Part shown: positions 30,690 through 40,386 of the stretch, piece after piece
Layout: each line of letters starts with the position of its first letter
Position numbering within the stretch: the first letter of the stretch is position 1
NCBI GenBank assembly: GCA_965228855.1
Contig: CBDDIJ010000003.1
Location: forward strand, 1,152,001 to 1,216,000
DNA from: Candidatus Obscuribacterales bacterium
Lineage (GTDB): Bacteria; Cyanobacteriota; Vampirovibrionia; Obscuribacterales; Obscuribacteraceae
DNA: 64,000 nucleotides
Direction: 5' to 3'
Position numbers and translations under genes: made by a program
The notes under the pieces: model-generated
Told to the model about the DNA's origin: nothing
Databases searched by the model: none
What the model saw: the letters and a program-made list of their open reading frames with translations, nothing else

Positions 30690-30993
30690 ATCGACACCAA
30701 AAGTGATACCACATTAAACCACCATTTTGTGGATGACGAGTGACTTGAATTAGATTTAAGAGGGTTATGTAAAGAGATGCCACCGACAGTGGTGGCAGAT
30801 TCTTAAAACCCTGTGCGTTACAGCGTTTGGGCGAGCGAAATATGATATAATGGTAGAAGATAAATGGCTCGCTCGGCTCGAGTCTTTGAGCGCGAGAAAG
30901 GTCTTTCGAAATTTTGTATCTTTCGTCTAAAGTGTCTTTTTCCTAGCCTCACGCTCCAACTTAGTACAAATTGAAAAAGCAGGAGGAAAGAAA

Positions 30994-31395
30994 ATGATGA
31001 CACAGAGAACCTTAAGCATAGAAAGAGACCAGAATGACGGGGCGGATTTGAAGCAGCCTCCAAAACAGTTTTACGGGCTCTATCCGAAAGCACCTCCCGT
31101 GATTGTATATCTATTTTTGATCGGTTCAACGCTGTTTGTTGGGTTTTGGCTTCTGCTGACGATCTCTTTATCGACTGTGAACCTGACCTTGGCCTGTCTG
31201 GCAATGTTTGGCGCTGTGATATTGGGATGGTTGTTCCGAAACATAGACTTGCGAGTGGATAGGCAGAAGGATCTGTTCCGCGACACGCAGCCCGCTAAGA
31301 ACAAGTGTCGGAATAGAATGGCTGACTTGAAATACCCGGGACCGGGTACATTCAGCGTAGGCGACAGGAAGCACAAGAAATCACTCCATGTCTAA
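30994..31395 (+). CDS. Hypothetical two-TM membrane protein
   Basis: Strong AGGAGG SD; two hydrophobic helices. Confidence 0.7.
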   Translation: MMTQRTLSIERDQNDGADLKQPPKQFYGLYPKAPPVIVYLFLIGSTLFVGFWLLLTISLSTVNLTLACLAMFGAVILGWLFRNIDLRVDRQKDLFRDTQPAKNKCRNRMADLKYPGPGTFSVGDRKHKKSLHV

Positions 31396-31525
31396 GAGAG
31401 CAGTTCCGACGAAATTGATAGCTCTGGTTGTCACACCTTTAGCAGTAGCTATGGTTGTTTCGATCGGTTTTGTTGCTGCCAAGGTTTTTGACACTCGAGT
31501 AAATTTCGGATCGGCCCCGACCTGA
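31388..31525 (+). CDS. Small single-TM protein (45 aa; below ORF-track cutoff)
   Basis: MSKRAVPTKLIALVVTPLAVAMVVSIGFVAAKVFDTRVNFGSAPT; start overlaps the upstream stop. Confidence 0.5.
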   Translation: MSKRAVPTKLIALVVTPLAVAMVVSIGFVAAKVFDTRVNFGSAPT

Positions 31526-31708
31526 GTAGGGCATTGTTTGGTGCAGGCGCACCAATGATTGATCGCACATCTCGTTAGAACCGCATGACGGTCACTGCTC
31601 TCAACGACCTCGCGACTTTCACCGAAATATTGCTTGAAGAATCAGATCTCGCACTTATCTTACTTCTAGGGAACATCTACACGACCATCTCATCTATGCA
31701 GAAGACGG

Positions 31709-32563
31709 ATGATGATGTTATTTGCTATGAACGAACGATTACTCAGCACCTGGGAAAATATGCGCGACTCCACTGTTGAGTATGCGCCTGTCGTGATGGT
31801 GGCGATTGTAGTCTTCTTCCTGTTCCTGCTAGCCGCGTCCGTTCTCAGCAAAGGACTGATTCGAATTGGAAAGGAAACGAGGCTGGACGATACCCTTGCC
31901 GTTCTCTTGGCGCGCATTGGGCATACTGCTTTGACATTTTTCGGTCTCCTGGTTGCGGCTGTGATCGCGTTGCCGAACTTTCGACCTGTCGACATGTTGG
32001 CAGGTTTGGGTGTCGCATCGATTGCGGTCGGCTTCGCCCTGAAGGAAATTTTGCAAAACTTTTTTGCGGGCGTGTTGATTCTCTGGCGCAAACCATTCTT
32101 GATCGGAGATGAGATAAACACCGGCGACTACAGGGGTACGGTAGAAGATATAAATATTCGCGCTATCAGACTGCGAACTTACAGCGGTACAGTTGCTGTG
32201 ATTCCTAATTCGCAAATCTTCGGTAATCCTGTTGAGGTGATTACCGGGTTGTCACAACGACGGGTCGAACTCGTCGTAGGAATTGGCTATTTTGACTCAA
32301 CGTCGAAAGCGAAGAGTTTGATCCTGAATTATCTGGAGACGTTACCTGAAATTGAGCGACCAAAGGCTTATATAACCGAACTCGCTCCTTCCAGCGTTAA
32401 CATAAAAGTCCACTTCTGGACTCAAGCGCACGAACTCAACGTTCTCAAAATGACCGACATGGCGCTGGAGGGAATCAAAGATACTCTCGATAACGCCGGT
32501 ATCGACATTCCGTATCCGCACAGCGTCATTCAATTTCATAACGTCAACGGCAAAGTAAAGTGA
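31709..32563 (+). CDS. mscS: Small-conductance mechanosensitive channel
   Basis: GLGVASIAVGFALKEILQNFFAGVLIL..KPFLIGD, IPNS, GIDIPYP. Confidence 0.92.
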   Translation: MMMLFAMNERLLSTWENMRDSTVEYAPVVMVAIVVFFLFLLAASVLSKGLIRIGKETRLDDTLAVLLARIGHTALTFFGLLVAAVIALPNFRPVDMLAGLGVASIAVGFALKEILQNFFAGVLILWRKPFLIGDEINTGDYRGTVEDINIRAIRLRTYSGTVAVIPNSQIFGNPVEVITGLSQRRVELVVGIGYFDSTSKAKSLILNYLETLPEIERPKAYITELAPSSVNIKVHFWTQAHELNVLKMTDMALEGIKDTLDNAGIDIPYPHSVIQFHNVNGKVK

Positions 32564-32605
32564 TGGACGCAGCTTGCCACTGTATGCAGTGCAGATAACA
32601 CCAGA

Positions 32606-33640
32606 CTACTCAGAGTCATCGATTGATTTTGTCACCAAGACCGATTTCTTTGTTCGACCTGGTGAACTCGCGCGAGTGAATGAATCGGACTCATCTGTTT
32701 CCTCCACGATTGTCCTTGTTTCTGGCACTGCAGCCGGAACTCTTCTGTGGGTGAAGATGGCGATGCCTATGAACAATCCGGAAACGATGACTGCAATACT
32801 TATCGTCTTGCTAATGCTATCTATGGCCTTCTGCAATCCGCCTATCTGCGCCTGAAGCGCATCAACATTCTTGTCCAGTCGCTTAATCGACCCGCTTAGA
32901 TGAGCCAGAGGCTCAGGAATCTCGGAAATTGTCTTAGGAAGATTTTGCAGTGGTGCGCTCATTGATGCAAGCGGTGCACGCAAATCTTCAATAGGCTTGT
33001 GTAGAGACGCTGCCGATTTGCTTAGCGTCTGAATCGGTGTTTTCAGTTGTTGAATCGGTTGCTTGAGCTTGTCGACTGGATTCGACAGTTGCTGAACCGA
33101 CGCGTCGAGTTTGTTGATCGGATCTCTTAGCTGATCGATTGGCTTCTCCAGCTTTGTAATTGGTGTTCTTAAATTGTCCAGAGGATCTTTCAGATTTTGG
33201 ATGGGCTGGTTCAGATCGCTGAGAGGTCTATCCAGCTTGCTGAGCGGTGCCTGAAGGCGCCCTATTCGTCTGTTTAGTTGATTGACCTCCTGACCCAAGT
33301 CCTCAAGAGGATCTTCCAACGACTTTAACCCTTTCTCCGTACCGCGCATCGGCGAGATCGCCCCAAATGGCGACAGAAGGCTCGGGAAAATTCCTTCCTG
33401 TTTGTCTTCTTCCTGTGAAACCTCTCCTTCCAATGAGACCGCCGAAGTTGAGGTTGAAGTGGCAGCCATGCCGGATCTTCTGCCGCGCCGATGCAAGGCT
33501 GCATTCAAAAGTGGCGTTCTGTGACCGGATGAGTCTGGTAACTCAAACTGGGTTGTGGATGCTAGACCTTCCATTGGGGTCCAGCAAAACAAACAAAGCG
33601 TCGAAAGCAAACTGACAGTTACGACTTTCATTCCGAACAT
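32606..33640 (-). CDS. Membrane-anchored protein with a long proline-containing heptad repeat
   Basis: Signal peptide, ~24 heptads LxxP(I/L)xx, C-terminal TM. Confidence 0.8.
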   Translation of the reverse strand: MFGMKVVTVSLLSTLCLFCWTPMEGLASTTQFELPDSSGHRTPLLNAALHRRGRRSGMAATSTSTSAVSLEGEVSQEEDKQEGIFPSLLSPFGAISPMRGTEKGLKSLEDPLEDLGQEVNQLNRRIGRLQAPLSKLDRPLSDLNQPIQNLKDPLDNLRTPITKLEKPIDQLRDPINKLDASVQQLSNPVDKLKQPIQQLKTPIQTLSKSAASLHKPIEDLRAPLASMSAPLQNLPKTISEIPEPLAHLSGSIKRLDKNVDALQAQIGGLQKAIDSISKTISIAVIVSGLFIGIAIFTHRRVPAAVPETRTIVEETDESDSFTRASSPGRTKKSVLVTKSIDDSE

Positions 33641-33904
33641 TCATCACCTCCGATGCTCGTCGCGACAGAGTTCTGGAATTGCAATTCTGGTGGCTGGCAA
33701 TCTGTCTTGAACGCCGATTACCTTACCATCGTTCTATCCATCTAGCATTTATTTAGACCGGTCGCGCTGGTCCCGTTCAGCGCAGGGTTCCGAAAAGACG
33801 GATGTTAATTAAAAACAATGCGCGGTTTCTTCGCGATATTAGTGGCGAAGATAAATGTGCTTTCTTTCGGCATTGTTTCAACGTAGTACGTGTTATTGAT
33901 AGTG

Positions 33905-35323
33905 TTAATTTGAAAGAAGAAGTTCTGCAGTCTTTCCGTTGTCTACGACTGAAAAGTCTTGAAACTGCCAGGCAAACTCTTTAGCGCGAACGGTTGATGG
34001 TTTCCATTTCGTGCGGTGAATCTCTAACTCTCCGATGTACTTGTGTGCGACCGGCAAGATGCTTTGAAAAGGCAGATCTCCCGGGAGTAATAGCCCGCGG
34101 CGAGGATTGTCCAGTGCCCAGGTCATAGCGCTTAACACGGAAGATGCGACTTGCAGTACGGTCGCGTTGAACTGAGGTCCGACTATTTCACGCGTGCGTT
34201 TTATAGATAAACGGTTCCCTACCCAAACAGCACCATATGCGCCCATGAGAAGTACACCTAAATCGTCGCTTCCCTCACTTATCTCAGTGGTCAACAGATG
34301 GTCTCGCGCAACGTTGATCCTGTTGTCGGCGAAAGCATACAGCGACTGCAGTGCAGGCAATGATGGGCGATAGATGAAACAGACCGTGGGGCGGTAAAGC
34401 AGCTTACCGTCTTCCCATAGCGATAGCCGATTGCCCATCGTGAAGGTCTCACCGTGCGGAATCATCATGCCGGTCATCTCTTCGGTAGGCACCCATGATC
34501 GAACTGGGAAATTGATTCCTTTGCGTTTGATGCACAGATGGAAAAGCCGGTCATGGCTTAGCTGCAGAGCCTCAGGAGGCAGGCTTCGCTCGTGTGTTCC
34601 CCAGGAGCACTCGGTAAACGCATTCGATTCCTCACGTAGTCCTTCGGCAGACCAAGTGTTAACGAATACAGTCGGATTGCGTTTTGTCGAAGATACTTGA
34701 CGGTCGTATTCGGATACGTGTACAACTTTTGTGCCAGTCAACATGGCGACGCGTGCGTAATCTTTGGCTCGCAAAGCCATTTCGATATCAGAATCAGAGA
34801 ATTCTGACGCCAGGTGTTCCAGTCCGTGTTTCAACCAGTGACTGACCAATCCGGGATTGGCTCCGTGTTCTAAAATCGCGGTGGGTGCGCCATCTCGCCA
34901 ATGAGCAAAGCGCTCGTAGAGTCGCGTGTAACGCATGAACATCGTGTCGTGCAAAGGGTCGCTGAGCTCACAGTTCTCTTTTCGCCACAGTTCTACCGAA
35001 GTATCAACGTAGATGACGTTGGTGTCATGACACCACTCTAGTATGTCGGCGCTGTCGACTCCGGCGAGAAGGTTTACCACCATGTCGCCAGAGCTGACGA
35101 TCGTTTGCAGAAAAGTCTGATAGTTGTCCGGAGATAGTCGGAAGTGATGGAATGTTGCTCCGGCTTCAATGAGTGGATTCCGTTTTGGATCTTGGGGACA
35201 CGCGTCTACTAATACAATCTGAGAGGGCTTTAGCTCGTCATTCTGTAAAAGAAGTGCCTGCAAGCAGCGAGATACGGCGCCACAACCAAGCAGGATAAGG
35301 CGACCTGACGAGGACAGTTTCAA
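33905..35323 (-). CDS. hss: Homospermidine synthase
   Basis: LGCGAV Rossmann motif, EHGANPGLVSH, FVNTWSAEG, WGTHE, HGE, YRPTV, NATVLQV; GGAGG SD before TTG. Confidence 0.9.
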   Translation of the reverse strand: MKLSSSGRLILLGCGAVSRCLQALLLQNDELKPSQIVLVDACPQDPKRNPLIEAGATFHHFRLSPDNYQTFLQTIVSSGDMVVNLLAGVDSADILEWCHDTNVIYVDTSVELWRKENCELSDPLHDTMFMRYTRLYERFAHWRDGAPTAILEHGANPGLVSHWLKHGLEHLASEFSDSDIEMALRAKDYARVAMLTGTKVVHVSEYDRQVSSTKRNPTVFVNTWSAEGLREESNAFTECSWGTHERSLPPEALQLSHDRLFHLCIKRKGINFPVRSWVPTEEMTGMMIPHGETFTMGNRLSLWEDGKLLYRPTVCFIYRPSLPALQSLYAFADNRINVARDHLLTTEISEGSDDLGVLLMGAYGAVWVGNRLSIKRTREIVGPQFNATVLQVASSVLSAMTWALDNPRRGLLLPGDLPFQSILPVAHKYIGELEIHRTKWKPSTVRAKEFAWQFQDFSVVDNGKTAELLLSN

Positions 35324-35477
35324 TTAAACCTCCTTTACGCGAGTTGAATCTCTAGTATTATAGCCGCTCTTGAAAGTTCTTACCTGAAACCAACGGAAAG
35401 GCTTGTCAATTCCGGCATCGGCGAGACAAAAGCTGTGCCACCATAGCCGGTGTCGCGGAAGGATCACGAGTGAAACG

Positions 35478-38400
35478 CTATTTTTCCGGGTCCTTTGTTT
35501 TTTGCTCTTTATTCATGAATCTGTAGAAACTCGGTATTACCAGCAAAGTTAGAAGGGTCGCTGAAATGAGTCCGCCGAAAATCACAGTCGCGAGTGGGCG
35601 CTGAATTTCTGCTCCCGTACCGTGGGAAAATAGTTTTGGTAGCAAGCCCATCATCGCTACCATTCCTGTCATCACTACAGGACGCAAGCGAATGCGAGCC
35701 CCCTCTATTATTGCTTCATCGAGACCCTCACCGTTTTCTTTCTCCTGCAATTGCATGATGTAACTCACCATGATCACGCCGTTTTGGACAGCCACTCCAC
35801 ATAGTGCAATAAATCCAACAAAGGCAGGAACGGAAAGTGGCTGATGGGATACCCAGAGTCCTATGACACCGCCGATGGCGGCAAACGGAACGGTCATCAT
35901 AATTAGCGCAGCGTTTTTAATAGAGTTAAAGGTGAAGAATAGCAAGATGAAAATCAGGAACAAGACGATGGGAACTACGATTGAGAGCCTCTTCATCGCC
36001 CGTTTTTGGTTCTCAAATTGACCTCCCCAGACGACCTGATAACCCTTTGGTAATTTAACTTTCTCTGATACGACTTGCTGCGCTGCATTTGCCCAACTGC
36101 CGAGGTCTCGACCTCTAACATTTACCATTACGACTGAGCGTCTCTGCCGATCCTCTCTCTTAAGAAGCACTGCACCTCGCTCGATTCGAATGTCCGCAAG
36201 TTCTTCCAGGGGAACTCGCGCTCCGTCAGGCATTTCCACCAGCATACTGCGTAAACGCTCCTCGGTTTGTCTGTGCTCGGGAAGAAACCGAATTAACAGG
36301 CCAAATCGCCTGTTACCTTCAATAACTTCTGACACAACTCGACCGGCTGTAGCGATCTGCACAAAACGCAGAACATCTGCCGATGTCGCACCGTAACGAG
36401 CGATGGTGTCACGGCGAAGCTTGATTCGGAACTCTGGTAATCCTATCAACGGCTCGCGCATCAAGTCGCCGGTGCCTGGAACGTCCCGGATTGCGTTCAT
36501 CACTTCGTCGGATAGTTTGTTTAAAACTTCAAGGTCATCGCCGAAGATTTTTATTCCAACATCGGCTTTGATTCCCGTTATCAAGTCATCGATCATGTCG
36601 GCGATTGGTTGCGAAAAACTGTACATGACGCCCGGAATTTTAGCAACTTCATGGGCGAGTTCTTCCGTTAACCTCTCCTTGTTTTGTGTCCGCCACTCAG
36701 ATCTCGGTTTTAACCCGATATACATATCTGCGGCGTCCACGCCCTCTACATCAGACCCCATCCCCGATCGTCCAATGCGAGTGACCGCTATGGTCACTTC
36801 CGGAATGCGTTTGACCAAGGTTTCAGCCGCAGTGGCAATTTCCTGCGACTTCGTGTGAGCAATACTCGCCGGCATCCGGAGGCGAAGCCATAAGGAACCT
36901 TCATCGAGACTGGGGATAAATTCAGAGCCCAGCAATGGAAGCAGTGCAGCGGACCCCGCCAGGCAGACCAGACAACCTAAGAGCAGTTTTCCCGGACGTA
37001 GTAGCGACCATCTCAACAGCGGTGTGTAGTTGTTCTTAAGCCAATCCATAACTGGATTGCGTTTTTCCCTCACGTCCTTTTTTAGAACCCAAAAGCAGAT
37101 GACGGGTATGATCGTCAATGCGACAAACAGTGCCCCGAGCAGAGCATATATAAAGGTTAACGCCAATGGTCCAAACATTTTTCCTTCGACGCCCTCCAGC
37201 GAAAATAGCGGAAGGTATACGGCGATGATAATGAAAATTGCGAATGTGATTGGTCGTCCCACCTCTTGAGCCGCCTGTGTTATTACGTTCAGCCGCTCCT
37301 CTGTGGAAAGTGATTTTCGCTCCGCTAGTCTCCGAAAAATATTCTCAACCATGACGACGCCCGCGTCGACAACCACTCCGAAGTCCACCGCCCCTAGTGT
37401 CATAAGATTGGATGAGAGACCGGTGTATTTCATCATCGCGAAGCTAAATAAGAGCGATAACGGAATGATTATGGACACGATCAAAGCAGGCTGGATGTCC
37501 ATCAGGATTGCTGCTAACACGATTATGACCAACGCGCCGCTGAGCATCAGAATTTCTTTGACTGTATCCATGGTTCGATCAACCAGGTCCTTCTGGTTGT
37601 AGAACGGTCTGACCGAGACGCCTTCAGGTAGCGATTCTTGAATTTCCGCAAGCCGCTTCTCTACCTCTTCAACCACCTGTTTCGTGTTAGCGCCTTTTCG
37701 AGAAAAGACTATGCCGATTATCGCTTCGCCTTCTCCATTCATCGAGGCGGATCCTCTTCTGAACGCAGGACCGACCTCTACAGATGCAATATTTCGGACT
37801 TCGACTGGAGTACCATCAACTTCCTTGAGAACAATTTTCTCGATATCTGAAACCGTTTTCACCCGTCCCAACCCTCGGATGATCACCTCTTCGTCCGCCT
37901 GCTCGATGAAGTTTCCGCCGATATTCAAATTGCCATCGTTCAGTTTCCTCGAAACTTCTGTAAGACTAAGGTCGTAGCTCTTCAGTTTTATAGGGTTGAT
38001 GAGTACCTGATACTCTTTGATGAAACCGCCATAGGTGACGACGTTAACCACTCCAGGTGTCGACAGCAAGCGCTTGGCGATGTTCCAATCCTGGATTGTG
38101 CGCAAATCAATCAGGTTGTGCCTGTCACTGGTGACGTGGTACATGAATACCTGACTGAATGTTGAAATGACTGGTCCAAGTTGTGGTGGTGGCACATCCG
38201 GTGGCAGTCGTAATGTGGTGAGTCTCTGTTGTACGAGCTGCCGAGCAAGATAAAGGTCACAATCATCTTCGAAAATCGCGTTAACGACTGACAAGCCGAA
38301 TTCCGAACTGGAGCGAGTTTTCTTTATAAACGGAACACCATTGAGTGCATATTCAATCGGAACAGTAACTAGTGATTCAACTTCCTCGGTAGCCATCCCT

Positions 38401-38561
38401 TCTGGTTCGGTGATGATCTGCACCTGAATGTTGCTAACATCGGGGAACGAGTCAGCTGGAATGGTGAGAATGGAATGAATACCTATTGCGATGATAGCAA
38501 TGATCAGCAGGAGAACTCCTGCGCGTTGCTTAAGGGCGAAGGTAATGAGTTTGTCTATCAC
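35478..38561 (-). CDS. czcA: CusA/CzcA family heavy-metal RND efflux permease
   Basis: FPDVSNIQVQI, NLMTLGAVDFGVVVDAGVVMVEN, LFSLEGVEGKMFGP, RLRPVVMT, GAEIQRPLATV. Confidence 0.92.
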   Translation of the reverse strand: MIDKLITFALKQRAGVLLLIIAIIAIGIHSILTIPADSFPDVSNIQVQIITEPEGMATEEVESLVTVPIEYALNGVPFIKKTRSSSEFGLSVVNAIFEDDCDLYLARQLVQQRLTTLRLPPDVPPPQLGPVISTFSQVFMYHVTSDRHNLIDLRTIQDWNIAKRLLSTPGVVNVVTYGGFIKEYQVLINPIKLKSYDLSLTEVSRKLNDGNLNIGGNFIEQADEEVIIRGLGRVKTVSDIEKIVLKEVDGTPVEVRNIASVEVGPAFRRGSASMNGEGEAIIGIVFSRKGANTKQVVEEVEKRLAEIQESLPEGVSVRPFYNQKDLVDRTMDTVKEILMLSGALVIIVLAAILMDIQPALIVSIIIPLSLLFSFAMMKYTGLSSNLMTLGAVDFGVVVDAGVVMVENIFRRLAERKSLSTEERLNVITQAAQEVGRPITFAIFIIIAVYLPLFSLEGVEGKMFGPLALTFIYALLGALFVALTIIPVICFWVLKKDVREKRNPVMDWLKNNYTPLLRWSLLRPGKLLLGCLVCLAGSAALLPLLGSEFIPSLDEGSLWLRLRMPASIAHTKSQEIATAAETLVKRIPEVTIAVTRIGRSGMGSDVEGVDAADMYIGLKPRSEWRTQNKERLTEELAHEVAKIPGVMYSFSQPIADMIDDLITGIKADVGIKIFGDDLEVLNKLSDEVMNAIRDVPGTGDLMREPLIGLPEFRIKLRRDTIARYGATSADVLRFVQIATAGRVVSEVIEGNRRFGLLIRFLPEHRQTEERLRSMLVEMPDGARVPLEELADIRIERGAVLLKREDRQRRSVVMVNVRGRDLGSWANAAQQVVSEKVKLPKGYQVVWGGQFENQKRAMKRLSIVVPIVLFLIFILLFFTFNSIKNAALIMMTVPFAAIGGVIGLWVSHQPLSVPAFVGFIALCGVAVQNGVIMVSYIMQLQEKENGEGLDEAIIEGARIRLRPVVMTGMVAMMGLLPKLFSHGTGAEIQRPLATVIFGGLISATLLTLLVIPSFYRFMNKEQKTKDPEK

Positions 38562-40003
38562 CGCGTCAAATTTTCCCGACCAGAGATAACCATGGCTCCT
38601 GGTCGCCCGGACGCTACCTCAGTTTTGAGTAGAAGCGAGCCGGTAGTGACAACACGGTCGCCTTCTTTAAGTCCGGAGATGACCTCGTAGAACTTTTCAT
38701 TGTCTCTTCCGAGCCGGACAGGTTGTTCTATAAAGTGATCTTCATCAGCTACGTAAACCACGTCATGACCCTTCTTCTTTTGAATTGATTCTTTCGGGCA
38801 GGCCAGCACCATATGCGGTGGTAGCTTTATAGTCGTGTCCGCGAACATGCTTGCCTTTAGCTTCGAGTCTTTATTATCGAGCCGAGCGCGAATCGGAGCC
38901 GTTCTAGTCTCTGGGTCAATGTGCGAGCCGATATAGTTTATTTTGCCTTCGAATTTTCGACCCGGTAGACCGCTTATCCGAGCCACAACCGGCATGCCGA
39001 TACTGAGACTAGGTAGGTCTACGCCTGGAATCTCCGCGGACAGTGCAACAGTTGAAAGGTCTGAGATTCGAAAGGCTTCCTTGCCCGGATCAACAATCGC
39101 TCCCAGTGCCACGTCTTGTTTTGAAACTGTGCCGGACATCGAGGCTATGATTGGCACAGTACCCTCGATACGACCGCTGGTCATGATCTGGTTTGCTTTG
39201 TCTTCCGTCGTACCTAGAAAAACAAGACGTTGTTTAAGTGTACTGACTCGCTGTTTGGCGCGCCTCACTTCGGCCTGGGCGAGCTGCAGATCACGCCTCA
39301 GCATCGCTTTGTTTTTAAACAAGCCTTCCTCTCTTTCCAGGTTCGCTTTGGCTTGTCGATGAAGTGAACGAGCCCTGTTGTATTTTGCCTGAGATGCATA
39401 GACGTCTTTGCTAGCCGCGATTCCTTCCTTAAGGAGCTTCTGGTATCGCTCCATATTCTGCTTACTCAATTGAAGCTGCACCTTCGCCTCTTCGAACTGT
39501 TCCTTAGCCTCTAAGAGAGTCTCGGGTCGTTTTATTTGCTCTCGATAGACCTGCCTCTCTCGCTCCTCGTGAGCCTTTGCAATATCAAGTTTAGAATTGG
39601 CTTCAATCAGTTGAGATTGAAGATCGCTTATTTGCTGACTATCTATCAATGCAAGAACTTGTCCCTTTTCGACCTTGGAGCCAGGCTTGACAAAAATTTT
39701 CACGACACGACCGCGCACACGGTTTGTTAGTGACACCTCTTTGCCGAACTCCGGAAGAATCTCGCCGGCTACATTCAAAGAATCGCCAAGTTTTCGCTTC
39801 TTCACAGCTTGCGTTTCCAACTCGATGTGTTCGGACGTTTGGTCTAAAGTTTTTGATTCTTCAGCTAAATGCTTTGTCTGCGTGTCTCCACAGCCGCATA
39901 GTGTCCCGATGGAAAGCGCGAATGTACACAAGACGGCTAGCGATGATAATGATGTGAGCGATTCGAAACGTCGACTGACTTTTCTCTTGCTGTTGATCGC
40001 CAT
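38558..40003 (-). CDS. czcB: RND membrane-fusion protein (CzcB/CusB-like), extended coiled coil
   Basis: Lipoprotein-like signal, GRVVKIFVKPGSKVEKGQVLA, IDPETRT, GLKEGDRVV; 4-nt overlap with czcA. Confidence 0.88.
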   Translation of the reverse strand: MAINSKRKVSRRFESLTSLSSLAVLCTFALSIGTLCGCGDTQTKHLAEESKTLDQTSEHIELETQAVKKRKLGDSLNVAGEILPEFGKEVSLTNRVRGRVVKIFVKPGSKVEKGQVLALIDSQQISDLQSQLIEANSKLDIAKAHEERERQVYREQIKRPETLLEAKEQFEEAKVQLQLSKQNMERYQKLLKEGIAASKDVYASQAKYNRARSLHRQAKANLEREEGLFKNKAMLRRDLQLAQAEVRRAKQRVSTLKQRLVFLGTTEDKANQIMTSGRIEGTVPIIASMSGTVSKQDVALGAIVDPGKEAFRISDLSTVALSAEIPGVDLPSLSIGMPVVARISGLPGRKFEGKINYIGSHIDPETRTAPIRARLDNKDSKLKASMFADTTIKLPPHMVLACPKESIQKKKGHDVVYVADEDHFIEQPVRLGRDNEKFYEVISGLKEGDRVVTTGSLLLKTEVASGRPGAMVISGRENLTR

Positions 40004-40386
40004 ATTCTGCTCTCCGTATCAAAGTTTGGGACAGGATGGTGAAAGAGTTCTTGTTCTAGAAACCCTCTTGAAACCGAGTCCTTAATAAGTTGTTCTGATA
40101 TCGGTGTAGCATTTTCCATTAAGGCAGGGCTGATTCACTCCGGTTATGTAACTGTATTGACTTACAGGACAGGCACCGCCTATGGTGATAGATTCCTCCC
40201 AGAACAACATTCACTCGAAGCTGTGCATGCTGGCGCTCATCCGGTTCCGTCGATTGCGTTTGTGTCCGTTTTGCTGACTGCTATGCTAATATGACGTCCC
40301 AGTTCAAGATCTTGAACTGTGCTCTGATCCTCTTAGTGGTGCTTCAGGTCGAGAGATGAGACAGCTGTGTCTCAGGGAATAGACTC

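Noticed and set aside
35478..40003. RND pair lacking an outer-membrane factor as a novelty
   Set aside because: Use of an unlinked TolC-family channel is common
40004..40386. Metal-sensing (NiCo) riboswitch upstream of czcB
   Set aside because: Conserved riboswitch core not recognisable by eye; an Rfam scan would be needed
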